Assembly (NCBI GenBank): GCA_030390025.1
Contig: CM059431.1
Span: forward strand, 106,518,001-106,582,000
Direction of reading: 5' to 3'
Source of the DNA: Squalus acanthias
Lineage: Eukaryota
DNA length: 64,000 nucleotides
In this document: in pieces, positions 26,501-38,760 of the stretch
Numbering within the stretch: the first letter of the stretch is position 1
Layout: each line of letters starts with the position of its first letter
Made by a program: the position numbers and the translations under genes
The notes under the pieces: generated by a model
The model's input: only the letters and a program-made list of their open reading frames with translations
Database searches by the model: none
Told to the model about the DNA's origin: nothing

Positions 26501-26995
26501 GCAAGAACATCGAAGCATCGAAGCTCTGACCACGCTCGATCAGCTCCGATGGACGGGCCACATCGTCCACATGCCCGATACGAGACTCCCAAAACAAGCG
26601 CTCTCCTCGGAGTTCCAACATGGCAAGAGAGCTCCAGGTGGGCAGAGGAAACGCTTCAAGGACACCCTCAAAGCCTCCTTGAAAAAAGTGCAACATCCCC
26701 ACCGACACCTGGGAATCCCTGGCCCAAGACCGCACAAAGTGGAGGAGAAGCCCATCCGGGAAGGCGCCGAACACCTCGAGTCTCTTCGCCGGGAGCAAGC
26801 GGAAGCCAAGCGGAAGCAGCGCAAGGAGCGCACGTCAACCCAAGCACCCCACCCACCCGTCCCTTCAACCACCATCTGCCCCACCTGTGACAGAGACTGT
26901 AGGTCCCGCATTGGACTCATCAGTCACCTGAGAACTCATTTTTAGTGTGGAAGCAAGTCGTCCTCAGTTCCGAGGGACTGCCTAAGAAGAAGAAG
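26501..26995 (+). mobile_element. RTE LINE 3' end with C-terminal C2H2 zinc finger
   Basis: LRWTGHIVHMPDTRLPKQ...GGQRKRFKD; CPTCDRDCRSRIGLISHLRTH; (AAG)n tail; TSD AAAGGAGGGGA. Confidence 0.85.
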
Positions 26996-27043
26996 AAAGG
27001 AGGGGACAATCAACATTGATTTAATTAGGAGAGCTTGTTTTCA

Positions 27044-27425
27044 GAAAGAAAGAAAGAAAGACTTGCATTTCTACCGTGCCTTTCACGACCTCAGTATGTC
27101 CCAAAGCGTTTTACAACCAATTAAGTACCTTTTGGAGTGTAGTCACTGTTGTAATGTGGGAAACGCGGCAGCCAATTTCCGCACAGCAAGTTCCCACAAA
27201 CAGTAATGTGATAATGGCCAGATAATCTGTTGATTGAGGGATAAATATTGGCCCCAGGGCACGGGGGAGAACGCCCCTGCACTTCTTCGATATAGTGTCA
27301 TGGGATCTTTTATGTCCATCTGAGAGAGCGGACGGGGCCTCGGTTTAACATCTCATCTGAAAGATGGCATAGCCGACAGGAATAGCACTCCCTCAGTTCT
27401 GCACTGGAGTGTCAGCCTAGATTTT
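27044..27425 (-). mobile_element. DeuSINE, 5'-truncated
   Basis: Reverse-complement tail and core. Confidence 0.8.
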
Positions 27426-27685
27426 TAGAAGCGAGTTTCAAATAACAGCAGAGGAAAGTTTCAGATACGTCTGTTTGCTGTTGTCAAAAATAAGTTAATT
27501 TGGCAAATAAGGCAAGTTATCCAAGGTTTTGATTAATTATTCAGGCAAAAAAAAAAATCAATTGATGGGCTAGTTAGCTCCTCTTCTCCCAATGACTGTC
27601 ATTATCGAGTTTCAGTAGGTTTTGACTTTTCAATGTTAACTGGCTTAAAGGGGCATTCCTCTCCTGAAAATTGTCTTTCAAGAGA

Positions 27686-28703
27686 ATTTACAATCTATAT
27701 TAATGATTTGGATGAAGGGACTGTTGCCAAATTTGCTGACGATACAAAGGTAGGTGGGAAAGCAAGTTGTGAGGAGTACACAAACAGTTTGCAAAGAGAT
27801 ATAGATAGGTTAAGTGAGTGGGCAAAAATTTGGCAGATGGAGTATAATGTGGGAAAATGTGAGGTTATGGCAGATGGAGTATAATGTGGGAAAATGTGAG
27901 GTTATCCACTTTGGTAGGAAGAACAAAAAATCTAAATATTATTTAAATGGGAGAGAGACTACAGAATGCTGCGGTACAAAGGGATCTGGGGGTCCTCGTA
28001 CATGAAACACAAAAAGTTAGCATGCAGGTACAGCAAGTAATGAGGAAGGCAAATGGAAAATTGGCCTTTATTGCAAGGAGGATGGAGTATAAAAGTAGGG
28101 AAGTCTTGCTACAACTGTACAGGGCACTGGTGAGACCACACCTGGAGTACTGCGTACAGTTTTGATCTCCTTATTTAAGGAAGGATATACTTACATTGGA
28201 GGAAGTTCAGAGAAGGTTCACTAGGTTGATTCCTGAGTTGAAGGGGTTGTCTTATGAGGAAAGGTTGAGCAGGTTGGGCCTATACTCAGTGGAGTTTAGA
28301 AGAATGAGAGTTGATCTTATTGAAACATATAAGATTCTGAGGGGGCTTGACAGGGTAGATGCTGAGAGGATGTTTCCCCTTGTGGGGGAATCGAGGACTA
28401 GGGGGCATAGTTTCAAAATAAGGGGTTGTCCATTTCAAACGGAGATGAGGAGGAATTTCTTCTCTCAGAGGGTTGTGAATCTTTGGAATTCTCTACCCCA
28501 GAGAGCTGTGGAGGCGGAGTCATTGAATCTATTCAAGGTGGAGATAGACAGATTTTTGAAAAACAGGGGAGTCAAGGGTTATGGGGAGCGGGCAGGGAAG
28601 TGGAGTTGAGACCAAGATCAGATCAGCCATGATCTTATTGAATGGCGGAGCAGGCTCAAGGGGCCGAATGGTCTACTCTTGCTCCTATTTCTTATGTTCT
28701 TAT
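27686..28703 (+). mobile_element. CR1 LINE 3' part (RT C-terminus + 3' UTR)
   Basis: FADDTK, RPHLEYCVQF; 37-bp internal tandem duplication. Confidence 0.9.
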
Positions 28704-29108
28704 AGAATCTATCAGGCTAGTGACTGGGAGAGCTCAAACAATGAAAACATCATCATCTCACTAAATGCATCCAAGAAATAGCAGATTCTGTTCTGAAAAA
28801 AGCAACCAAATCTGCTGCTTGGACACAGCCAGTGAGATGATGATGTTCTCGCTTTTTGAGCTCTTCTATTCACTAGATTTAATAGGAACTATCTAAAGGC
28901 CCAGGAAGGTCGCAGGTTCAATCTCCACTCTGGGCTGAAGCAGCTGATCACTGCTGCGGCCTTGTAACTGACCTCTCTGTTGCTGGGGCTGAGAAGGTGG
29001 GGGGGGTGGTGGGGGGAGAAAAGCAACCAGGCCCGATTATTATCTAGCTTGCCAACATCGTTGTCTAGTCACACCTGTGAGGGAATGTTACTTAAGTGAA
29101 GTATTAGA

Positions 29109-29509
29109 TTTTATTTCAGATTTCCAGGAACCGCAGTATTTTGTTTTAATTTTGGACCATAACCACGGCCCCTATTTTTTCGGACAGCAGGCGCTAGTAA
29201 TGATTCTGCTGTTGCCATTTACACCTCCTCTAGACCCATCTTTTGTTTCTTTACTTGTAGCATTACCACCCCCTTTTGCCTCGCACCATCATCCCTCTTG
29301 TCATTAAATCTCTCCTATCACAGACCTTCCCTTTTGTTCTTTCCTCCCCTCCCACCTTTCCCGCCCTCTGCACTTGCTTAAAACCTGTCACATCTCTCAC
29401 TTCTTCCAGTTCTGATGAAAGGTCATCGACCTGAAACGTTAACTTTGTTTCTCTCTCCACAGATGCTGCCTGACCTGCTGAGTATTTCCAGCATTCTCTG
29501 TTTTTATTT
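29109..29509 (+). mobile_element. Penelope-like pLTR unit, circularly permuted, with hammerhead
   Basis: TSD AAGTATTAGA; begins with the segment that follows its own 3' end in the 31225 copy. Confidence 0.75.
29408..29444 (+). ncRNA. Minimal type I hammerhead ribozyme
   Basis: AGTT-CTGATGA-A-AGGTC(ATC)GACCT-GAAA-CG-TT-AACT; palindromic ACGT stem III. Confidence 0.75.
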
Positions 29510-30639
29510 AAGTATTAGAGGGCAGTCACTGTCCATGGAGTGACACTGAACTATGCGTTAGCACCTTCTGGAGAGGAGGAGAAAATAAATCGCACAAATA
29601 AAGCCTTGTAAAAGTTTCCATTGTCAGAGATACAAGTGGCAGTCTTGCTAGGCTCTTCTCCCAGCTTGGAGCTTTGCATGAGGATATCTTAGGTTAGAGA
29701 TGGGCTTTAACATGATTGGAACGATTTTGCAACCTACAGTCCCATTTATTTAGGCTTCAAACCAGGAGCAAAGCTTTGCTAAATAATCCCTATAGCATTT
29801 GCTGCAATGTATTTATGATTGCGGTTATAAGCTCTCGGGCCTGGCAATAAAGTTCTCAGAAGTGGGCCTACCTGAAAACTCTTCATTGAAGCAGTGATAT
29901 CCCTTTAAAAACAATTGACAATAATGTCCAACTTGTTAGGTTTTTGTCTAATGTAACCCATTTCTAATTGTTTTTCAATTTTTTTGTATTCATGTTTCTT
30001 AATTAGTATTGCATAAAGGTTCACAACATATAATACGCATCACTGCATACAGTTATAGCAATGCAAAAAATCCATTCCTGGATCCATTCCAAACTGTCAT
30101 TGTAGATCCATTGCAGTAACATTCAGGCAAGATTAGGAGATTACTATATGTCAGTCTGGCACATAATGGCAGACTGGAGTGCTACTGGCTGATTTTTTTT
30201 TTCCAGTTGATTTAATTCCTGTTTACTACTAAGAGAAAGAAAGACTTGCATTTATATAGCGCCTTTCACGACCACCGGACGTCTCAAAGCTACAAGCAGG
30301 GTTTGGTATTGAATCAAGACATTTTACTTGCGGGGTTAGATTAGATGGGAGGGCCATAGTATCTACATCAGAATAGTCTTGTCTGCCTTGTATCACCACT
30401 ACTCAAACTGCTAGATTGGTCCTGTGTCGTCAATGTCAGGATAACATTGGTCTTAATGTTGTAGATGGGTATGTAGGCCTTCCTTCATATTGACTCCCAT
30501 TGTGAATCTGTGATTGCTGTTTAGATCCATTAGCCATACCAGTTGAGGGTATGCCGCTCTTGAAGATGATGTTTTTTGGCCCTTCCTTATCATACATGGT
30601 TAAGACTGAATGTCTAATCTGTAGATATTGGGCAGAGTA

Positions 30640-31031
30640 TATTGCCATGTTTTCACATCCCTCCACGCCCTCGCCCCTCCCTATCTCATTATCTCCTCCA
30701 GCTTTACAACCCTCCGAGATCTCTGCGCTCCTCCAGTTCTGGCCCCTTGAACATCCCCGGTTTTAATTGCTCCACCATTGGTGGCCGTGCCTTCAGCTGC
30801 CTGGGGCCTAAGCTCTGGAATTTCCCCCCCCCCCACCCCCCCAAACCACTCCGCCTCTCAACACCTCTCTCCTCCTTTAAGTCGCTCATTAAAACCTACC
30901 TCTTTGACCAAGCACCTGTCCGTATATCTCCTAATGTGGCTCGGTGTTAAATTTTGTTAGATAACGCTCCTGTGGAGCGCCTTGGGACGTTTTACTACGT
31001 TAAAGGTGCTATATAAATACAAGTTGTTGTT
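30640..31031 (+). mobile_element. L2-type LINE 3' end
   Basis: GGRAFSCLGPKLWN...FKSLIKTYLF; (GTT)n tail. Confidence 0.85.
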
Positions 31032-31323
31032 ACCCTGCAAATTTACAAAATACTGAAATGAATCAAACAGAACATGGACTTGTCGTATCTGTATCCATGA
31101 TTTAAAATAAACAGCTATCTCCAATCAGAATGGTGGACTATTACTTCCTTAATGTTGCGGAGACTGGTTTAAATTCAATTGAAATATGATGGACTCTTGC
31201 TTGAATGCATCTTTTATATTTACAAAAGCAAAATACTGCGGATGCTGGAAATCTGAAATAAAAACAGAAAATGATGGAAATACTCAGCAGGTCAGGCAGC
31301 ATCGGTGGAGAGAGAGAAACAGG

Positions 31324-32889
31324 GGCCCGGAATTTGCGGTCCGCGGCGAAGCAAAGGCGCTCGCCGCTGGCCACGAAGAAAGCCGCCCACAGACATCTCG
31401 CGATCTCTGCGGCGAGGAGTTTGCCTCTTTCGACGTTCAATTGATTTCAGCGCTCTGTAATGGGGATTCCTAGTGCGATGCTGCTGTGACGTCAACACGC
31501 TGTCTAAGCAGCCAATCACAGTGCAGAATTATCACAGGCAGCAAACCAGGAAATGAGAAGCTGCTTTTATCCGGACTTTTTAAAAATGTTACAGAGAGCG
31601 AAACAAAGACTGGGACTCTCACATGGGGATGAGGTAGAACCTGAAGCATCAGGAACAAACTTTAAAAAAAAAAGTAAAAGATTTTTAAAAATTGTGATTT
31701 TTATCATAATGGAGAAATTTGACACTCCACAAATATAAAAATTAGTTGTTCAGGGCCAATGATTGTCTAGCAGTCAATATATTGTTAAAACCCAAGTTAC
31801 ACCTATTCCAACAAGGCTTAACAGTTAATGGGGTATTTAACAGTGATATTACTGCAGAAAAGCCCAAGTTTTCGTCAGTTTCCATGGGCTGGATTTTCCG
31901 ATCAGAGGCTTCCTGCGGTCGGATGCCTCCGATCGGAAAAAATCTACGCACTTACCCGTTGGTTCCGTAGGTCCCGAGACTTCCGATCCTGGGCTTCTCC
32001 ACTACGAAATGCGCAGAGGCCCAGGTATCCCAGGGGCGCAGGCGATTCGCAAGCGTCCCTGGGCTCACGTGGGCCATGGGAAACCAATCAAAGAAGGGAA
32101 TCCCCCTTCACACTTTTGACAGGTCTCTACGCACAGAACTGCCAAAAGTATGAATGGTGATCACTTAAAAAACACAGTTAAACATTAAATAAATTTTAAA
32201 AAGAAATCTCGTATTTAAAATTAGTTAAAATTACATTAAATTAAATATTTTAAACCAAAATTTAATTTTTTGAAAAATATAATTAAAGTTTTTTATGGGG
32301 CTAAAAATAAACTTACCATTTTTAAAAGTATTTTTAAATTATACATGAGTGGAAAAAAATTATTTTTTAATTTTTTTAAACTCTTATGCTGGTAAAAGCA
32401 GACCTTACGCAGGCTTTTACTAGCTGTAAGATTTCTAAAGGTTTTCAGCGGACGGAGGTTGTGCAGAAAGCGGAACTCTCCACCCGCGGAGGCCCTTCTC
32501 CCGGGCAGGCGGAGGATCAGTCAAGAGGATTCTTCACAGATCGCAAGTGCCGGGTTTTAGCGCATGCGCTTCGCGTACCTGAAACCGGCACTTGCGAGGC
32601 CCCTACGGGTGTGTACACACCTCGTACGCACCCGTGGGGGTATGGAAAATCCGGCCCCATGATTTCACAGGTTACACTGATATCCTGCTATGGGGTGGGG
32701 TGGGGGAGGGAGGGAAGGGGCGGGGGCACAGTGCAGCCAGTGTCGGAGCAGTGAATGACCGACAGCAACTTCAGGATTTCCGTGTCTCGATACGGTTGCG
32801 CTACATCCTGAAGTTGCGGTCAGATTCAGAGGGGTAATAACGGCGAATGCTGTTAGATCGCCGTTATTACCAACCGTAAATTCCGGGCC
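31324..32889. mobile_element. Harbinger-type MITE, subfamily E
   Basis: TIRs GGCCCGGAATTT / AAATTCCGGGCC; flanks AGG/AGA. Confidence 0.8.
31886..32657. mobile_element. Harbinger-type MITE B nested in E
   Basis: TIRs GGGCTGGATTTTCC / GGAAAATCCGGCCC; TSD CAT. Confidence 0.85.
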
Positions 32890-33361
32890 AGAGTCACCAT
32901 TTCAGGTCGTTGACCTTTTAAGGTCATCAACCTGAAATGTTAACTATGTTTCTCTCCCCACGGATGCTGTCTGACCTTCCTATTTACAGTATTACAAAGT
33001 ATCTTTTTTTTTATATTGTGCATCATTCTAGAACTACCCAAGATACTTAAAAATTAAGTAGTTACAAAGTATTATGATAAACTTCATTTTTTTACCTCTC
33101 GGTGTTAACTTTTGAGTTATTTTGTTGAAACTATTTTCACCAACGAGATTTTCATGGAAACTGACTCAGTAAAATTAATGGCCCTTCATATGAGGGAGCT
33201 GAATCATTGTACGAGAGTTGCATTATTTATTAAATCATCAGTAATGTCCCTTTACAATACAACAGCACCGTCCGCACCAAAGCTTCAGTGTCAGTGTCCT
33301 GGCAGCAGCCCTTCTCAGGAGGGGATTTTTGTTGGACACCCCTGACAGAAAGTGTGAGGAT

Positions 33362-33955
33362 TTTTTTTTGTTTATAGGATGTGGGCGTCACTGGCAAGGC
33401 CAGCATTTATTTCCCATCCCTAATTGCCCCTCAGAAGGTGGTGGTGAGCCGCCTTCTTGAACCGCTGCAGTCCGTGTGGTGAAGGTACTCCCACAGTGCT
33501 GTTAGGGAGGGAGTTCCAGGATTTTGACCCAGCGACGATGAAGGATCGGCGATATTCTTCTAAGTCAGGATGGTGTGTGTGACTTGGAGGGGAACTTGGA
33601 GTTGATGGTGTTCCCATGCGCCTGCTGCCCTTGTCCTTCTAGGTGGAACAGGTCGCGGGTTTGGGAGGTGCTGCCGAAGAAGCCTTGGCGAGTTGCTGCA
33701 GTGCATCTTGTAGATGGTACACACTGCAGCCATGGTGCACTGGTGGTGGAGGGAGCGAATGTTTAAGGTGGTGGATGGGGTGCCAATCAAGCGGGCTGCT
33801 TTGTCCTGGATGGTGCCGAGCTTCTTGAGTGTTGTTGGAGCTGCACTCATCCAGGCAAGTGGAGGGTATTCCATCACACTCCTGACTTGTGACTTGTAGA
33901 TGGTGGAAAGGCTTTGGGGAGTCAGGAGGTGAGACACTCGCTGCAGAATACCTAG
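33362..33955 (-). mobile_element. Non-LTR LINE 3' end (same family as 2521)
   Basis: IYKSQVRSVMEY..AWMSAAPTTLKKL on -. Confidence 0.8.
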
Positions 33956-34024
33956 CAGAGTTGCAACAAAGTTAAATGCCTCTTGCTGATCACACTTACT
34001 GCCGAGACTGCGATTCTGATCATG

Positions 34025-34437
34025 AGTTTCAACCGTGGCTCAGTTGGTAGCACTCTTGGCTCTGTGTCAGAAGGCTCGTGGGTTCAAATCTCACTTCAGA
34101 GACTTGAGAGCAAAAAACTAGGCTGACACTCCAGGGCAGTGCTGTGCAGTCTTGCGGATGAAATGTTAAACTGAAGCTCTCTCATGGCACTATTTTGACG
34201 AAGAGCAGGAGAGTTATCCCCGGTGTCCTGGCCAATATTTATCCCTCAATCAACATCACTAAAAAACAGATTATCTGGTCATTATCACATTTGCTGTTTG
34301 TGGGATCTTGCTGTGCGCAAATTGGCATTCCCTACATGACAACAGTGACTACACTTCAAAAGTACTTCACTGGCTGTAAAGCATTTTGGGACTTCCGGTG
34401 GTTGTGAAAGGCGCTATATAAATGCAAGTCTTTCTTT
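34025..34437 (+). mobile_element. DeuSINE with internal deletions
   Basis: Head, core and tail match. Confidence 0.8.
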
Positions 34438-34704
34438 ATGTGATGGACAGATCAGTAAACTCATCCAAACCGGCAATGCACTATCACCATGACAAGTTTA
34501 TTTGGACCTGCTCCCATGCATCTGAAAAGTATTCTGGAGGACATTCCCGACGAGGATAAATCAACTAATGTAAACCACACATTTTTAACTTTTTAATAAA
34601 TTCTGCGGATTATCATTTTGCAATGTTAAAAATATTATTGTTTTAAGTTTGTTCAACGACTGACTATTTACAGGTATAAGTAACATTACTCTAATTATGC
34701 TTGG

Positions 34705-35405
34705 CAGTAGTGCAGCGTAGATTAACCAGAATGATACCGGGGCTTAGAGGACAGGTTGCATAAACTTGACTTATTTTCCCTTGAGTATAGGCGATTGAGG
34801 GGTGACGTGAAATGGATTCGATAGCGTTTTTTTTTTATTCGTCCATGGGATGTGGGTGTCGCTGGCAAAGCCAGCATTTATTGCCTATCCCTAATTGCCC
34901 TTGAGAAGGTGGTGGTGAGCCGCCTTCTTGAACCGCTGCAGTCCGTGCGGTGAAGGTACTCCCACAATGCAGTTAGGGAGGGAGTTCCAGGATTTTGACC
35001 CAGTGACGATGAAAGATCGATGATATACTTCTAAGTCAGGATGGTGTGTGTGACTTGGAGGGGAACTTGGAGGTGGTGGGTAGATACAGAGAAACTGTTT
35101 CCTCTGATGGGGGAATCAAGAACAAGGAGACATAATCTTAAAATTAGAGCTAGGCCATTTAGGAGGAAATCCTGAAGCACTTTATCACATAAAGGGTAGT
35201 AGAAGTCAGGAGCTCTCTCCCTCAAAAGGCTGTTGATGCTGGGTAAATGAGAGCTTTTAAGACTGAGATTTTTGTTGGACAAGGGTATCAAGGGATATGG
35301 AGCTAAGGTGGGTAAATGGAGTTGAGGTACAGATCGGCCGTGATCTAATTGAATGGTGGAACAGGCTAGCGGTGTTGAATGGCCTACCTCTGGTCCTATG
35401 CTCCT
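34705..35405 (+). mobile_element. CR1 3' fragment interrupted by a minus-strand LINE end (~34828-35078)
   Basis: CR1 RT-end and UTR motifs on both sides of the insert. Confidence 0.75.
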
Positions 35406-36116
35406 AATTAATCAGTATTTCAATTAAAAAATTTGCTGTGTACATTTTATATAATGAAAATGCATAAATTTGGTAGGCTGCAAAGAAAAAGGATTAAGTA
35501 AGCAGTGTCGCAGTCATTTACTGTACATGTGAGTAAAATCATTCTAAATGAGCAATGTAGGAAAATAAAGTAGAATTTAATGAAGATGGCCTATAATAAA
35601 AAATAACTTGTTAATGTAATATTTTTACTTATTAAGTATTGTGCGATAATCCATATTCAGCTACCACAAAAAGAAACCTTAATATTGATTTTGGAACCTT
35701 TTACCCAAAGGTGACCCAATCGAGCTACAATTTTCCAATTAGGCTAATGAGGGTTTCAAAACCTTGAGGTCTTTTTGTTAAAGTACACAAGATTACATGC
35801 ATGCACGTTGCAGATCGAAGACTTTGGAGTGTCATTGTCTCCTAAAGAACTCTTCGACTTGATGTTTCTTCAATGCAATATTTTTCTTCTCTTGTCGGAA
35901 AATACTGAATAGAACTGAAATAGTTTTCTTGTATGTTTTTCCACATCCTTTCCTGTTTCTTTAAAAGTAGCCAAATTGCCTTTTATGGAGAGATGAAGAA
36001 AACTGATAAAATGTAAAACGATGGGGGTAACATTCCCTATCCAGAAATGCACTTAATTATCTATTGAATCCATTTATAACATCCACTTCAATGGCCTTCC
36101 CCAGCGATTTATTCTA

Positions 36117-36526
36117 AAAAAGAAAGACTTGGATCTATATAGTGCCTTTCACGACCACCGGACGTCTCAAAGCGCTTTTCAGCCAATTAAGTACATTTGG
36201 AGTGTAGTCACTTTTGTAAGGTAGGGAACGCGGGAGCCAATTTGCGCACAGCAAGCTCCCACACACTGCAATGTGATAATGACCAGATAATCTGTTTTTG
36301 TTATGTTGATTGAGGAATAAATATTGGCCCAGGACACCGGGGATAACTCCCCTGCTCTTCTTCGAAATAGTGGCCGTGGGATGTTTTACGTCCACCTGAG
36401 AGAGCAGACGGGGCCTCGGTTTAATGTCTCATCCTAAAGACGGCACCTCCGACAGTGCAGCACTCCCTCAGCACTGCACTGGAGTGTCAGCCTAGTTTTT
36501 TATGCTCAAATCCCTGGAGTGGGACT
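36117..36526 (-). mobile_element. DeuSINE
   Basis: Reverse-complement tail and core. Confidence 0.85.
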
Positions 36527-37095
36527 ATCCGGTGGGACTAAGCCTATTCAAACATTTTGCCTCACTTCCCTTCTTACTATATACTTCAGAATTCTTAGCT
36601 TGTATTAATTGGAGTTTGAACTCTTCATCATTGTGAACAACTTGCTTGGCTCACTTTTGCCAATTCCTTTCATAATCTTTATTTCAAACAAGTTAACCCT
36701 TCCATTAGACGAGCTGATAAAGCAAGGGTTTACATGTTAATATTCACCCCACGTAATTCCAAGATCCTGATTCTTAAAATGCAGCATTACAGCAATAATT
36801 TGTAGTTGTCCAGTGAGTCCTTGCCTATAAAATTCTCGATTTAATTAAACGCATCAATGTTTAATCTTTACAGTGAGTGTTTATTGCCTTACACATTCCT
36901 GATGAATGAAAATCAACACTTCATTGTTTTACATATAACGAAAATGGGTCAGATCTTCACAGCATGGACGGCGGAATATTCAGTACCACACTCAGTATCA
37001 TGGTGCACGAACGTACTGTCATGGAGTCTTCAAGAAAGAACTCCATTCAACTGCCGGAATAATGTGGTCTGTGAAAGGGATTCATCTATTGTTGA

Positions 37096-37368
37096 TAGGG
37101 TTGTCAACCCTCCAGTGTTGCCCTGGAATCTCCAGCAATTAATGATTCATCTCCAAGACTCTGCTGTGAGCAAACCCAGGAGAAAAATCATAGGGGCATT
37201 AAAATAAATGTATTTTTTTCATTTTCTTTGAACACTTTTGTTTATTAGTTACAAAAATATTGGAGAAAGGGTAAAAAAAAAGGCTGTTTGACCGGGCAGG
37301 GTGTTTGGAAGTGGGAGGTCTTGTGATGAAACCTCCAAGAATATGTCCAACCAGAGCTGGCAACCCGA
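37096..37368. mobile_element. hAT (Tip100-like) MITE
   Basis: TIRs TAGGGTTGTCA / TGGCAACCCGA; perfect 8-bp TSD ATTGTTGA. Confidence 0.85.
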
Positions 37369-37649
37369 ATTGTTGACCTCACGGAGTCCATCTGACGGAC
37401 ATTGAGAGCGAGTCTCAGACAAACGATAATAAGCACATTTAATGCACGAACTATGCTGGAGGGCAACACTGCACTCTCTGTAGAATATTCCCTCTGTTTT
37501 TAAAAACTTTTGTTTCAACCGGCAGTTCAGTATAACCTGGGAGAATCATTCGGCTAAATTAGGAGTTCTGAAGGAGCTCTGTTTTAGACCAATTCACGCG
37601 CACTTCTTTGTCACTGTGAATTGCCCATTGTGTTACTGTTTAAAACATG

Positions 37650-38369
37650 GGCCCTGAATTTTGCGGTCGGATGCTTCCCCGCGGGGAAAAGCCTCCGATC
37701 CGCAAATAAAATACCTGGTCATCCGGGAGGCACAGAGACTCGCGGTCCTGGGCCACCCCGGGTACCCGCGGGCAGAGGCCCGTGTATCCCATCTGGGATC
37801 ATGTGGGCCGGCCCAACCAATGAAAGAAAGGAATCCCCATTCATGCTTATGGGGATTCCATACGTAGAGAAACCCCATAAGCATGAATGGGAAAAACTCC
37901 AAAAAATACATCTACAGTTAAAATAAATAAAAAAATAACATATTTTAAATTAATTAAAATGCCATTTGGTTAAATATTTAAAAGAAAAATTTAGTTTTTT
38001 GAAAAATAAATTTAAATCTTTTAAAGGGGCTAAAAATAACCGTAACTTATTTAACAGTTTTTTTTAATGTTTAAGTGATTGAAAAAAATTTAGTTTTCTG
38101 TTTTTCAAAACTCTTACGCTGGTAAAAGCAGGCCTTAAGCCTGCTTTTACCAGGTGTAAGAATTTCACGGGCATTCGCTGGGCAGAAGTTGGGCAAATAG
38201 CCCAACTCTCCGCTCGCGGATTCCCATTTCCCGGAGATGCGGAGGATCTGTCAAGAAGATCACAAGTTCTGGGATTTCGCAGATGTGCTTCGCGTGCGAA
38301 AACTCGGAACTTGTGCGGCCCTTACGGGCACACCTTGCACACGCCCATAGGGGCCGCAAATTACGGGCC
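37650..38369. mobile_element. Harbinger-type MITE, divergent B
   Basis: TIRs GGCCCTGAATTT / AAATTACGGGCC; flanks ATG/ATT. Confidence 0.8.
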
Positions 38370-38523
38370 ATTACATCTGATCTGTAAAGGGAGTTTTAGC
38401 AAATGTTTTGAAAGGCATGCTGTAATGGGCAACTCTCACATTAACAGTCCAATTGGATTTTACAGTTGGTTATATAAAACCTGAGGATGTATCCCAGAGA
38501 ATAATCTATGAATGATACACAAT

Positions 38524-38760
38524 GGGGGCGGTTTTAACCCTACTCGCTCAGCAGAAACCTGGCGGGTGGGCTGTTGAAATCGCCCAGGCTTTTACCTGTC
38601 CGAAGGCCGCCATGATCGCAATTTTAACCTGCTCTCCCGAGCAGGCAGCAAGGACAGGCGCTCAGAGCCAACGGGGTCCTTCTTTACATATTGCGGCCTG
38701 ATGACATCATGAGACCCGACTGTAATTTTAACTCAGGCCCGAGCGGGGAATCCACCAGGA
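38524..38760. mobile_element. Harbinger-type MITE end fragment
   Basis: GGGGGCGGTTTT terminus and GC-rich subterminal sequence; no partner TIR found. Confidence 0.45.

Larger units (their letters stand above)
28898..29590 (+). mobile_element. Old tRNA-derived SINE (LF-SINE-like), split by a Penelope unit
   Basis: CCAGGAAGGTCGCAGGTTCAATC...GCTGATC head recalled as LF-SINE-like; degenerate. Confidence 0.4.
31225..32980. mobile_element. Penelope-like inverted pLTR fragment (31225-31323 + 32890-32980) split by nested MITEs
   Basis: Homologous to 29109-29509; TSD TATTTACA. Confidence 0.7.
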
